Shown here in pieces: positions 1 to 8,651 of a stretch of DNA of 24,000 bases; the first letter of the stretch is position 1; each line of letters begins with the position of its first letter. Origin of the DNA: Comamonas odontotermitis (GTDB lineage: Bacteria > Pseudomonadota > Gammaproteobacteria > Burkholderiales > Burkholderiaceae_C). The notes beneath the pieces were generated by a model. That model did no database searches. It was given only the letters and a program-made list of their open reading frames with translations, and had not been told where the DNA came from. Where the stretch lies: positions 76,864 through 100,863 of the forward strand of contig NZ_JBEBNZ010000015.1 in assembly GCF_040396735.1 (NCBI RefSeq), read 5' to 3'. The position numbers and the translations under genes were made by a program.

Positions 1-2
1 CC

Positions 3-1349
3 GCCGAGGCCGATGCTGCGGTTGCAGCAGCCAAGGAGGCATTTCCCAAGTGGGCGAACACGCCCGCCACAGAGCGTGCCAGGCTGGTGCGCAAGCTCGG
101 CGACCTGATCGCCCAGCATGTGCCCGAGATCGCCGAGTCCGAGACCAACGACTGCGGCCAGGTGATTGCGCAAACCGGCAAGCAACTGGTGCCACGCGCG
201 GCCGACAACTTCTACTACTTTGCCGAAATGTGCACGCGGGTCGATGGCCACACCTACCCGACGCCTACGCACCTGAACTACACGCTCTTCCACCCGGTGG
301 GTGTGTGTGCGCTGATCTCGCCGTGGAACGTTCCTTTCATGACGGCCACCTGGAAAGTCGCGCCATGCCTGGCCTTCGGCAACACCGCCGTGCTCAAGAT
401 GAGTGAGCTCTCACCCATGACGGCTGCACGCCTGGGCGAGCTGGCCCTCGAAGCCGGTATTCCTGCGGGTGTACTCAACCTGGTGCATGGCTACGGCAAG
501 GATGCAGGCGAGCCGCTGGTGGCACACCGCGACGTGCGGGCCGTCTCATTCACCGGATCGACGCAGACCGGCAACCGCATCGTGCAGGCCGCCGGCCTCA
601 AGAAGTTCAGCATGGAGCTGGGCGGCAAGAGCCCCTTTGTGGTCTTCGACGACGCCGACTTTGACCGCGCACTTGATGCCGCCATATTCATGATCTTCTC
701 CAACAATGGCGAGCGCTGCACGGCTGGCAGCCGTATCCTGGTGCAAAAGAGCATCTATGTGAAGTTCGCCGACCGCTTCGCCGAGCGGGCCCGGCGCATC
801 ACAGTGGGCGACCCGCTCGACGAAAAAACCATCGTCGGCCCCATGATCAGCCAGGCCCATCTGGCCAAGGTACGCCATTACATCGAGCTGGGCCTCCAGG
901 AGGGCGCCAGCATGCTGTGCGGCGGCCTGGACGCACCTGTGGTGCCAGACCGCGTGAAAAATGGCAATTACGTTTTGCCCACCGTGTTTGCCGAGGTGAA
1001 CAACCGCATGCGCATTGCACAGGACGAGATCTTCGGCCCGGTGGCCTGCATCATCCCGTTCAGCGATGAGGCTGAGGCCATACGCCTGGCCAACGATACC
1101 CAGTACGGGCTCTCCAGCTACGTATGGACCGAAAACATCGGCAAGGCCCACCGTGTGGCTGCGGCCATCGAGGCAGGCATGTGCTTTGTCAACAGCCAGA
1201 ACGTGCGCGACCTGCGCCAGCCGTTTGGGGGCACCAAGGCCTCGGGCACGGGCCGCGAAGGCGGCACCTGGAGCTACGAGGTGTTCTGCGAACCCAAGAA
1301 TGTGGCTGTCTCCATGGGTTCACACCACATTCCTCACTGGGGGGTCTGA
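3..1349 (+). CDS. hpcC: 5-carboxymethyl-2-hydroxymuconate semialdehyde dehydrogenase (NAD-dependent ALDH), 5' end cut by the window edge
   Basis: The reading frame is open from nt 3 (AEADAAVAAAKEAFPKWANTPATERARLV...), so the GTG at 87 in the ORF track is internal. The protein is collinear with my recollection of E. coli HpaE/HpcC: SPWNVPFMTATWKVAPCLA, MELGGKSP, NGERCTAGSR (catalytic Cys), FVNSQNVRDLRQPFGG, C-terminal HIPHWGV. About 40 N-terminal residues lie outside the window. Stop codon TGA at 1347-1349. Confidence 0.9.
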   Translation, partial: AEADAAVAAAKEAFPKWANTPATERARLVRKLGDLIAQHVPEIAESETNDCGQVIAQTGKQLVPRAADNFYYFAEMCTRVDGHTYPTPTHLNYTLFHPVGVCALISPWNVPFMTATWKVAPCLAFGNTAVLKMSELSPMTAARLGELALEAGIPAGVLNLVHGYGKDAGEPLVAHRDVRAVSFTGSTQTGNRIVQAAGLKKFSMELGGKSPFVVFDDADFDRALDAAIFMIFSNNGERCTAGSRILVQKSIYVKFADRFAERARRITVGDPLDEKTIVGPMISQAHLAKVRHYIELGLQEGASMLCGGLDAPVVPDRVKNGNYVLPTVFAEVNNRMRIAQDEIFGPVACIIPFSDEAEAIRLANDTQYGLSSYVWTENIGKAHRVAAAIEAGMCFVNSQNVRDLRQPFGGTKASGTGREGGTWSYEVFCEPKNVAVSMGSHHIPHWGV

Positions 1350-1422
1350 ACAGTACGCCATCAAAGAATAGCGATCAACGCAATCGCAGAGCGCACCCGA
1401 CATAAAAGCGAAGGAGACATAG

Positions 1423-2394
1423 ATGCAACGCCGCCAATTCATCCAATCCGCCGCCAGCGCGATTGCCACGCTGCCTGCATGGCAATTCGCCCATGCAGAC
1501 AGCTGGCCCAGTCGCCCGCTGCGCATCATCGTTCCGTTCACGCCAGGGGGAACCACGGACGTGGTGACGCGCCTGGTCGGCAATGAACTGGGCAAAAGCC
1601 TGGGGCAATCGGTGGTTGTGGAGAACAAGCCGGGTGCAGGCACCGTGATCGGCGTGGATGCCGTGGCCAAGGCCGTGCCCGACGGCTACACCTTCGGCAC
1701 CATCGCCAACAGCTTCACGGCCAACAAGACGTTGATCAAAAGCCTGCCCTACGACAGCGCCAGGGACCTGCGCCCCGTGGCACTGATGGGGCTGTCGGAG
1801 CATGTGCTGGCCACCCATCCAGCCAGTGGGCTCAAGACCCTTGCTGACCTGAAAAAGGCGGCACTGGCCAAGCCCGGCTCGCTCAGCTACGCGTCGTTTG
1901 GCAACGGTACATCTGCGCATCTATCGGGCGCCCTGCTCTGCCAGATGCTCGGCATCGACATGGTGCATGTGCCCTACAAGGGCCAGGGCCCGGCCATGGC
2001 AGACCTGATCGGCGGACAGGTCACCGTCATGTTTGGCAACTGGCCCGAGTTCCGGGGCCAGATTGCCAGCGGCAAGCTGGTGGCATTGGGCATGGCAACC
2101 ACGCAGCGATCGCAGTTTGCACCCGATGTACCCACCCTTGCGGAACAAGGTGCGGCGCTGGAATCCAATTCCTGGCAAGGCCTGCTGGCACCGGCCAGAA
2201 CCAGCGATGCCATCGTGCAGCGCCTGAACCAGGATGTGAACCTGGCACTGGCAAGCCCCGCCGTCATCAAGACATTCCAGGAGGGCGGCATTGTCTCGAA
2301 GGCCGGCAGCGTGGAACAGTTTGCAGCCTTCATCCGCAGCGAGGAAGATAAATACGCCAGGATCATCCGCGCCGCCAACATCAGCATCGGCTAG
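1423..2394 (+). CDS. Bug/TctC-family periplasmic solute-binding protein (tripartite tricarboxylate transporter receptor), orphan
   Basis: SD AAGGAGA lies 6 nt upstream of the ATG. The N-terminus MQRRQFIQSAASAIATLPAWQFAHA is a Tat-like RR signal. The motif RPLRIIVPFTPGGTTDVVTR...VENKPGAG is typical of Bug proteins. No tctA/tctB membrane partner is present in the window. Confidence 0.9.
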   Translation: MQRRQFIQSAASAIATLPAWQFAHADSWPSRPLRIIVPFTPGGTTDVVTRLVGNELGKSLGQSVVVENKPGAGTVIGVDAVAKAVPDGYTFGTIANSFTANKTLIKSLPYDSARDLRPVALMGLSEHVLATHPASGLKTLADLKKAALAKPGSLSYASFGNGTSAHLSGALLCQMLGIDMVHVPYKGQGPAMADLIGGQVTVMFGNWPEFRGQIASGKLVALGMATTQRSQFAPDVPTLAEQGAALESNSWQGLLAPARTSDAIVQRLNQDVNLALASPAVIKTFQEGGIVSKAGSVEQFAAFIRSEEDKYARIIRAANISIG

Positions 2395-2402
2395 GAGGTC
2401 TC

Positions 2403-2729
2403 ATGAGCCTGTACGCAATGCAGAAGTTCCTCTTCCACCTGAACCGCGAACCCGAAGTGCAGCGCCGCTACCGCGAAGACCGCGAAGCGCTGCTCGCCAG
2501 CTACCCGTTGACCGATGAGGAGCGCGATGCCATCCACCTCGGAGATATCGGCAAGTTGTATGTGCTGGGTTGCAACGGCCAGTTGCTGATGCACTTTGCC
2601 CCCTTGCTGGGTCTGGCCTGGGCCGACTACCTGCAGGCCATGCGCGACGGAGTTGCAAAGTACGGCCCGGTGCGCGCCGGCGTGTATGCGATGACAACGG
2701 CAGTCGACGAGAAAGTAGCAGGGGTTTGA
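2403..2729 (+). CDS. LigA-like small subunit of a class III (LigAB-type) extradiol ring-cleavage dioxygenase
   Basis: SD AGGAGG lies 5 nt upstream. The 108-aa protein MSLYAMQKFLFHLNREPEVQRRYREDREALLASYPLTDEERDAIHLGDIGKLYVLG matches the LigA-domain pattern (xLNxFxxxL...F..D.....y.Lt.eE..Ai...D...Ly.lG). Its stop is 1 nt before the ATG of the catalytic subunit gene. Confidence 0.75.
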   Translation: MSLYAMQKFLFHLNREPEVQRRYREDREALLASYPLTDEERDAIHLGDIGKLYVLGCNGQLLMHFAPLLGLAWADYLQAMRDGVAKYGPVRAGVYAMTTAVDEKVAGV

Positions 2730-2730
2730 T

Positions 2731-3549
2731 ATGAGTCTGGTTTTTGCAGGCGTATGCAGCCACGCCCCCGGGATTACCGGCCGCGCCCATCTGGCCGATC
2801 CGGCGGTGAAGGATGCGTTCCACGCCGCATTCCACGGCATGGGGGCGCAATTGGCAGCAGCCCGGCCCGATGCGGTCATCGTCATCGCGGCCGAGCATTT
2901 TGCGAACTTCTTCATGAACAACATGCCCGCCTATGCCATCGGCATGGCTGCGCAGTACGAGGGGCCAATTGAAGATCCACAGTGGCTGGGCATTGAAAAG
3001 CGCACGATCCCCGGCAACCCCGATCTGTCTCGCCGCATCGTCACCGAAGTGCTGCAGACCGTGGATACCGCCTTTGCCGAAGAGTGGAGATTCGACCACG
3101 GCATCATGGTGCCGCTGCACTTTCTCACCCCGCATTTCGACACGGACATCATCCCCGTCAACATCAACTGCCAGGGGCCGCCGTTGACACCGCTGCACCG
3201 CGCCTGGGCCTTTGGCGAAGCACTGCGCCGCGCCTGCGACAAGGCACCTGAGCGCATTGCGATCATCGGCACTGGCGGCATCTCGCACTGGCCGGCCACG
3301 CCCGACTCGGGCAAGATCAACTGGGAATGGGACCAGCAATTCATGGATCGCTGGTGCCGCAACGACAAGGATGCCATGCTTGGCTACACCGATGCCGAAA
3401 CCTACCGCGACGGAGGCCAGGGCGGCTTCGAAATCCGTACCTTCATCAGCGTGGCAGCCGCCGCACGCGGGCCGGGCCAGGTGCTGTACTGTGAGCCCAT
3501 TCCCATCTTTGCGGTAAGTTGTACTGCCGCCACCATGGAGGTGCGGTGA
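2731..3549 (+). CDS. LigB-type (class III) extradiol ring-cleavage dioxygenase, catalytic subunit; probable homoprotocatechuate-type substrate
   Basis: The 272-aa protein begins VFAGVCSHAPGITG and contains VIVIAAEHFANFF, FDHGIMVPLHFL and IIGTGGISHW, which are the His/Asn/His-type metal and active-site blocks of the LigB superfamily. It occupies the slot that hpcB takes in E. coli hpcC-B-D-G. Its stop TGA (3547-3549) overlaps the next gene's ATG by 1 nt. Confidence 0.8.
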   Translation: MSLVFAGVCSHAPGITGRAHLADPAVKDAFHAAFHGMGAQLAAARPDAVIVIAAEHFANFFMNNMPAYAIGMAAQYEGPIEDPQWLGIEKRTIPGNPDLSRRIVTEVLQTVDTAFAEEWRFDHGIMVPLHFLTPHFDTDIIPVNINCQGPPLTPLHRAWAFGEALRRACDKAPERIAIIGTGGISHWPATPDSGKINWEWDQQFMDRWCRNDKDAMLGYTDAETYRDGGQGGFEIRTFISVAAAARGPGQVLYCEPIPIFAVSCTAATMEVR

Positions 3550-3977
3550 TGCCCCATGTCGTCGTGCTCTACACCGGCAATCTCGACCAACGCAGTGACA
3601 TGACGGCCCTGTGCCGCAGCCTCGCCGACACCATGCTCACCGTGCACGCCGAGGACGGCAGCCAGGTCTTCCCCACCGGCGGCACGCGCGTGCTCGCCTA
3701 CCCGGCGCCGCACTATGCCGTGGCCGATGGCGGGGCGGCGGGCAAGGCAGCAGGCGGCGATGGCGACTACCACTTTGTCTACATCAACCTGCGCATGGGC
3801 AAGGGGCGATCAGACGCCGTCAAGACCCAGGCAGGTGACGCGCTGCTCGCCTGCGCCAAAGCACACTTTGCCACCCTGTTGGATGAACGGCACATGGGCC
3901 TGACCGTGCAGGTCGACGAAAGCCCCGGCCAGGTTTATGACGGCAAGCACAGCAGCCTCCACCCTCTTTTCAGATAG
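3549..3977 (+). CDS. hpcD: 5-carboxymethyl-2-hydroxymuconate delta-isomerase (CHMI family)
   Basis: The start is trimmed to the ATG at 3549 (TGATG overlap with the upstream stop). The protein starts MPHVVVLYTGNL, the Pro1-type tautomerase-like N-terminus of CHMI, and continues DYHFVYINLRMGKGRS...HFATLL, collinear with remembered E. coli HpcD (MPHFIVECS...DYAFVHMTLKIGAGRS...HFAALM). Confidence 0.85.
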   Translation: MPHVVVLYTGNLDQRSDMTALCRSLADTMLTVHAEDGSQVFPTGGTRVLAYPAPHYAVADGGAAGKAAGGDGDYHFVYINLRMGKGRSDAVKTQAGDALLACAKAHFATLLDERHMGLTVQVDESPGQVYDGKHSSLHPLFR

Positions 3978-4033
3978 CGCCCTGAGCGGTTTCGCTGGTT
4001 CCATGTCACGCATTCAAGCAACGAACAACTGAA

Positions 4034-4867
4034 ATGTTTACCCAAGAGCTTCTTTCCCAACTGGCCCAGGAACTTGACCACAGCGAGAGAACGCGCGTGC
4101 AGGTCGAGCACTTCTCCAAACGCTATCCCAGCATGACCGTGGACGACGGCTACCGCGTGGCACGCGAATGGGTGCGTCTGCAGATCGCAGGCGGCCGCAA
4201 GGTCATCGGCCACAAGATCGGCCTCACCTCGCGTGCCATGCAGCTGTCCAGCCAGATCGACGAGCCCGACTACGGCACCCTGCTCGACAACATGCTCTAC
4301 ACCTGCAGCAACGGCCAGGTACTGGACATCCCCATACGGAACTTCATCGCACCGCGTGTAGAGGTGGAGCTGGCTTTTGTGCTGAAAAAGCCGCTCAAGG
4401 GGCCGGGGCTTGTGGATGGCAGGCAGCTTGGCATTGCCGACGTGCTCGATGCCACCGACTATGTGACGCCGGCCATTGAAATCATTGACGCGCGCATCGA
4501 ACAGCTGGACCGCCACACCAAGGCCATGCGCAAGGTGTACGACACCATCAGCGACAATGCTGCCAATGCCGGTATCGTCATGGGTGCCGGGCGAGCCGCA
4601 CCGACAGACGTGGATCTACCTTGGTGCGGCGCCATTCTGCGCCAGAACGGCGCAGTGGAAGAGACGGGCCTCGCAGCAGGCGTGCAAGGCCACCCTGCGG
4701 TGGGCGTAGCCTGGCTCGCCAACAAGCTGGCACCGTGGGGCGAATTCTTGAACGCTGGCGAAATCGTTCTGGCCGGCTCCTTTACCCGCCCTGTTGCGGC
4801 CAAGGCGGGAGATGTGTTCGAAGCCGACTACGGAAGACTGGGCAAGCTGGAATTCCGCTTCGTATAA
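4034..4867 (+). CDS. hpcG: 2-oxo-hept-3-ene-1,7-dioate hydratase
   Basis: Strong collinearity with remembered E. coli HpcG/HpaH: [98 protein letters not shown]-terminal FRFV. Confidence 0.9.
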   Translation: MFTQELLSQLAQELDHSERTRVQVEHFSKRYPSMTVDDGYRVAREWVRLQIAGGRKVIGHKIGLTSRAMQLSSQIDEPDYGTLLDNMLYTCSNGQVLDIPIRNFIAPRVEVELAFVLKKPLKGPGLVDGRQLGIADVLDATDYVTPAIEIIDARIEQLDRHTKAMRKVYDTISDNAANAGIVMGAGRAAPTDVDLPWCGAILRQNGAVEETGLAAGVQGHPAVGVAWLANKLAPWGEFLNAGEIVLAGSFTRPVAAKAGDVFEADYGRLGKLEFRFV

Positions 4868-4884
4868 GCAGATAGTAAAAAGCA

Positions 4885-4923
4885 GAGAGCTGGCAGCGTG
4901 CGCGGCCAGCTCTCCCTTTTTTT
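4885..4923. terminator. Bidirectional rho-independent terminator between the convergent hpc operon and the ABC-transporter operon
   Basis: Perfect 10-bp stem GAGAGCTGGC (4885-4894) / GCCAGCTCTC (4905-4914) with a 10-nt loop. It is followed by CC+T7 (4917-4923) on the + strand. On the - strand it is followed by TGCTTTTTAC. Confidence 0.8.
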
Positions 4924-4987
4924 GGGGATTCTTGACAACGGATCGGAACCGCACACCAATGGATCAGCGGATCGAAGGATCAGCCGA

Positions 4988-5737
4988 TCAATGTGCGACA
5001 GCGTCCTGCCGTCCCGCGCCCAGATAGGTATCGATGATGCGCTGGTCGTGCAGCAGATCGCGTGCATTGCCGCTGAGTGCAACGGCGCCCATCTCCAGCA
5101 CATAGGCGCGGTCTGCCACCTTCAGCGCAGCGCGCGCATTCTGTTCCACCAGCAGCACCGATACGCCGCGATCACGCAGCGATGCCACCACCTGCAGCAC
5201 CTCGCGCACAATCAGTGGTGCCAGGCCCAGCGATGGCTCATCGAGCATCAGCAGGCGCGGCTTGGCCATCAGTGCGCGGCCAATGGCCAGCATCTGCCGC
5301 TCGCCGCCCGACAGCGTGGATGCCATCTGCGCACGGCGCTCCTGCAGGCGCGGAAAGATGTCAAACACCTCCTGCAGGCGCGCTCCCTGGTCACGCTCGC
5401 CCTTGCGCCACAGCGAGAATCCGCCCAGCCGCAGATTGTCTTCCACCGACATCTCGCCAAACAGTTCACGCTTCTCCGGCACCAGCCCTACGCCATGCGA
5501 CACCATGGCCTCCACCGTGGGGCGAGCGATCACGCCGCCCGACAGGGATACCTGACCCTTGGAGGGCAGCAGACCCATGGCCGCCGACAGCAAGGTTGTC
5601 TTGCCCGCGCCATTGGGGCCGATCACGGTCACAATCTCTCCTGCCGCCACATGCAGATCGACCTGGTGCACGGCTTCCACCGGCCCGTACGATACGCACA
5701 ACTGCGACAGCTGCAACAAGTGAGGGGTGCTGCTCAT
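4988..5737 (-). CDS. HAAT-family ABC transporter ATP-binding protein (LivF-like)
   Basis: Walker A GPNGAGKTT, signature LSGGERQML, Walker B LLMLDEPSLGL. The ATGA overlap (5734-5737) with the upstream gene indicates translational coupling. Confidence 0.92.
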   Translation of the reverse strand: MSSTPHLLQLSQLCVSYGPVEAVHQVDLHVAAGEIVTVIGPNGAGKTTLLSAAMGLLPSKGQVSLSGGVIARPTVEAMVSHGVGLVPEKRELFGEMSVEDNLRLGGFSLWRKGERDQGARLQEVFDIFPRLQERRAQMASTLSGGERQMLAIGRALMAKPRLLMLDEPSLGLAPLIVREVLQVVASLRDRGVSVLLVEQNARAALKVADRAYVLEMGAVALSGNARDLLHDQRIIDTYLGAGRQDAVAH

Positions 5738-7626
5738 GCGGCCACCTCGTCTTCATCGGCGCCGCCCAGATAGGCATCCAGCACGCGCTGGTTCGATTGA
5801 ATCTCGGCAGGCGTTCCCGTGGCGATCACGGTGCCGAACTCCAGTACCGTGATGCGGTCGGCCAGGTTCATCACAAACTCCATGTCATGCTCCACCACCA
5901 GAATACCCAGCCCTTCGGCGCGCAACTGGCGCAGCAACTGGGCGAGCGATTGCTTTTCCAGGTGCCGCAGGCCCGCCGCCGGCTCATCCAGCAGCAAGGC
6001 TGCGGGCTGTCCCGCCAGGGCGCGAGCGATTTCGACAATGCGCTGCTGACCCAGAGCCAGTGAGCCAGCAGGCACATCGGCAAACGCGCCCAGGCCGCAG
6101 CGTTCGATCTGCCTGCGTGCCTCGGCCAGCAACGACGCCTCCTCGTGTCTGTCCAGCCGCAGCATGGACGCCAACCACCCCTTGTGCGCACGCAGATGGG
6201 CGCCCAAGGCCACGTTTTCCAGCACCGTGCGCTGGCCAAGCAGTCGCACATGCTGGAACGTACGCCCCAGGCCCAGTGCGGCAAACCTGCGCGATGGCGC
6301 ATCGGCCATTACCTGGCCCATCAATTGCACCTGGCCTTCGGTGGGCGAATCCACGCCCGAGATCATGTTGAAGAAGGTGCTCTTGCCTGCGCCGTTTGGC
6401 CCGATCAATGCATGCACCTCACCGGCCTTCAGCGACATGGACACGTCGTTGTTCGCTACCAAGCCGCCAAAGCGCTTGGTCACATGCTCGGCTGCCAACA
6501 AGGTCGTGCCTGCCGCAGGAGCCGTGCGCTGGTCCAGCGGATGAGATGTGGCCTGGACCTGCCTGCCTGTGGGCTGCTTGATCCAGCGCGCAGTCAGGCG
6601 CTGCAAGGTGGGCCACAGCCCCTGGTCGAAGCGCTGCAGCACCAGCACCATCAGCAGCCCGAACACGATCACTTCAAAATTGCCGCTGGTGCCCAGCACG
6701 GCGGGCAGAATGTCCTGCAGCTTCTCCTTCAGCAAGGTGATCAAGGTAGCGCCCAGCACGGCACCCCAGAGGTGACCCGCGCCACCCACCACCGCCATGA
6801 ACAGGTACTCGATACCGATGTTCAGGTTGAAGGGCGCGGGGCTCACAAAGCGCTGCATGTGCGCATACAGCCAGCCAGACAGGGTAGCCAGCAGCGCGGC
6901 CAGCACGAACAGCTTGACGCGGTGGCGCGCGGTGTTGATGCCCATGGACTCGGCCATCACCTGCCCGCCCTTGAGCGAGCGGATCGCCCGCCCTTCTCGC
7001 GAATCGAGCAGATTGCTCAGCAGCCACAGTGCCAGCAGCAGCACGGCCCAGACGAGCACACCCATGACCCGGGGCGACGCAAAGGAGACGCCTGCAATCA
7101 CCAATGGTGGAATGCCTGTGATGCCGGTCTGGCCGCCCAGAAATTCCATGTTGCCAAACAGGTAGTACAGGCTCAAGCCCCAGGCAATGGTGCACAGCGG
7201 CAGATAGTGCCCTTGGAGCTTGACGGTGACGGACCCCAGCACCCAGGCAACGACGAAAGTGATCACAAAGCCCAGCAACAGACCCACCCACGGCAAGCCA
7301 ACTGCGCCCACGGCGCTGCTGAAGAACTGTACCGCCACCGGCGACGTGCAGGCCCATGCCGTGGCATAGGCGCCAATGCCGACAAAGGCGGCCTGTCCAA
7401 ATGATGTCATGCCGCCCACCCCGGTCAGCAATACCAGGCCTGCGGCCACCATGGCATAGAGACCGATGTAGCTCAGGATCACCACGGTGAAATCGGGCAA
7501 AAATCCCCAGGCCAGTGCAAACAGCACAATGGCGGCGGCGGTGAGCATCCGGGGAGTAACGATACCTGCAGAGCCTGCGGGCGCGGAGCTGGCCATGGGG
7601 CCAGATTTCGGTACTGGCGCGCTCAT
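5734..7626 (-). CDS. Fused HAAT-family ABC permease (LivM-like, N-terminal) and ATPase (LivG-like, C-terminal)
   Basis: The N-terminal ~330 aa are polytopic and hydrophobic (LivM-like). The C-terminal part has Walker A GPNGAGKSTFFN, LALGQQRIVEIARAL and LLLDEPAAGL. The start is trimmed to the ATG at 7626, which forms an ATGA overlap with the LivH-like stop (7623-7625). Confidence 0.88.
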   Translation of the reverse strand: MSAPVPKSGPMASSAPAGSAGIVTPRMLTAAAIVLFALAWGFLPDFTVVILSYIGLYAMVAAGLVLLTGVGGMTSFGQAAFVGIGAYATAWACTSPVAVQFFSSAVGAVGLPWVGLLLGFVITFVVAWVLGSVTVKLQGHYLPLCTIAWGLSLYYLFGNMEFLGGQTGITGIPPLVIAGVSFASPRVMGVLVWAVLLLALWLLSNLLDSREGRAIRSLKGGQVMAESMGINTARHRVKLFVLAALLATLSGWLYAHMQRFVSPAPFNLNIGIEYLFMAVVGGAGHLWGAVLGATLITLLKEKLQDILPAVLGTSGNFEVIVFGLLMVLVLQRFDQGLWPTLQRLTARWIKQPTGRQVQATSHPLDQRTAPAAGTTLLAAEHVTKRFGGLVANNDVSMSLKAGEVHALIGPNGAGKSTFFNMISGVDSPTEGQVQLMGQVMADAPSRRFAALGLGRTFQHVRLLGQRTVLENVALGAHLRAHKGWLASMLRLDRHEEASLLAEARRQIERCGLGAFADVPAGSLALGQQRIVEIARALAGQPAALLLDEPAAGLRHLEKQSLAQLLRQLRAEGLGILVVEHDMEFVMNLADRITVLEFGTVIATGTPAEIQSNQRVLDAYLGGADEDEVAA

Positions 7627-8651
7627 TCTTCTTCCTCCACATGGCGGCTGTTGCGCGATCTCCACCACAGCACCGGAATAATCATCGCAAACACCAGCAC
7701 CTCCTTGTAAGCGCTGGCCCAGAAGGTGGAAAAGGACTCCAGCAGGCCCACCAGCAGCGCGCCTGCCAGTGCCAGCGGATAGCTGGCAAGACCGCCAATG
7801 ATGGCCGCCACAAAGCCTTTGAGCCCTACCATGAATCCGGTGTCGTAATACACCGTGGTAAGCGGTGCGATCAGCAAGCCAGAGATGGCGCCGATCAAGG
7901 CAGCGAGGGCAAAGCTCAGATCACCCGCCAATGCGGTTGGAATGCCCATCAGGCGCGCGCCTACCCGGTTGATGGCTGTTGCGCGCAAGGCCTTGCCGAG
8001 CATTGATCGTTCAAAAAACACGAACAGCGATATCACCAGTACCAGCGCAACACCAAGCACCACCAGGGACTGGCCCGAAATGGAAATATCCGCAATGTCG
8101 AACTTGGATTCCGAGAAGGGCGTGGTGCGCGAGCCCTCTGCACCAAAGAACAGCAGACCCAGGCCCACCAGCACGCCATGAAGCGCGACCGAAATGATGA
8201 GCAACAGCAGCACGGAAGCATTTGCCACCGGCCGGTACGCCACACGGTAGAGCAACGGGCCCATGGGCATCACCAGCACCAAGGCAGTGATCGACTGCAG
8301 CAGCAGCGAACTGGGCTTGACGCCCAAAGCCAGCACCGCCGCCACGGCGGGAAAGCCTACGCACCACAGCAGGGTTGCGGGCCAACTGCCGCCCTGGCCG
8401 GAGCGGGCACGCCACAGCTCCGCCACCAGCGCAACGGCAGCCATCGCCAACAGCAGCCACAACGTGGACGGCGTCTTGCCCGCCTGCATCATGGCCATGG
8501 TGAGCGCGCCATAGGCAACAAACTCTCCCTGCGGAATGAAAATGATGCGGGTAACTGAAAACACCAGCACCAGGGCCACCGCCATCAGCCCGTAGATGGC
8601 GCCATTGACGATGCCGTCCTGCCCCAGCAGCAAGGCAATTTGCAAATCCAT
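7623..8651 (-). CDS. HAAT-family ABC transporter permease (LivH-like)
   Basis: The start is trimmed to the ATG at 8651 (MDLQIALLLGQDGIVNGAIYGLMAVALVLVF, matching the usual LivH N-terminus). The GTG extension to 8708 in the ORF track runs through an intergenic hairpin. The protein is hydrophobic and multi-spanning throughout. Confidence 0.88.
   Translation of the reverse strand: MDLQIALLLGQDGIVNGAIYGLMAVALVLVFSVTRIIFIPQGEFVAYGALTMAMMQAGKTPSTLWLLLAMAAVALVAELWRARSGQGGSWPATLLWCVGFPAVAAVLALGVKPSSLLLQSITALVLVMPMGPLLYRVAYRPVANASVLLLLIISVALHGVLVGLGLLFFGAEGSRTTPFSESKFDIADISISGQSLVVLGVALVLVISLFVFFERSMLGKALRATAINRVGARLMGIPTALAGDLSFALAALIGAISGLLIAPLTTVYYDTGFMVGLKGFVAAIIGGLASYPLALAGALLVGLLESFSTFWASAYKEVLVFAMIIPVLWWRSRNSRHVEEEE

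Noticed and set aside
3726-3767. A Gly/Ala-rich insertion (DGGAAGKAAGGDGD) in HpcD relative to the E. coli enzyme.
   Set aside because: It is a short low-complexity loop expansion of the kind common in high-GC orthologues. Nothing in the sequence suggests a functional module.
4932-4960. A perfect -35 hexamer TTGACA (4932-4937) with ACCAAT 17 nt downstream on the + strand.
   Set aside because: The -10 is weak, and the only downstream + strand ORF (4898-5773) is a shadow ORF antisense to the livF-like gene. It is probably a chance match. An antisense promoter cannot be excluded without transcription start site data.
6674-7642. A 322-aa same-strand alternative-frame ORF inside the LivM-like region.
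   Set aside because: It overlaps the hydrophobic permease frame completely. Its translation is Arg/Gly/Ala/His-rich and not membrane-like, so it is a frame artefact.
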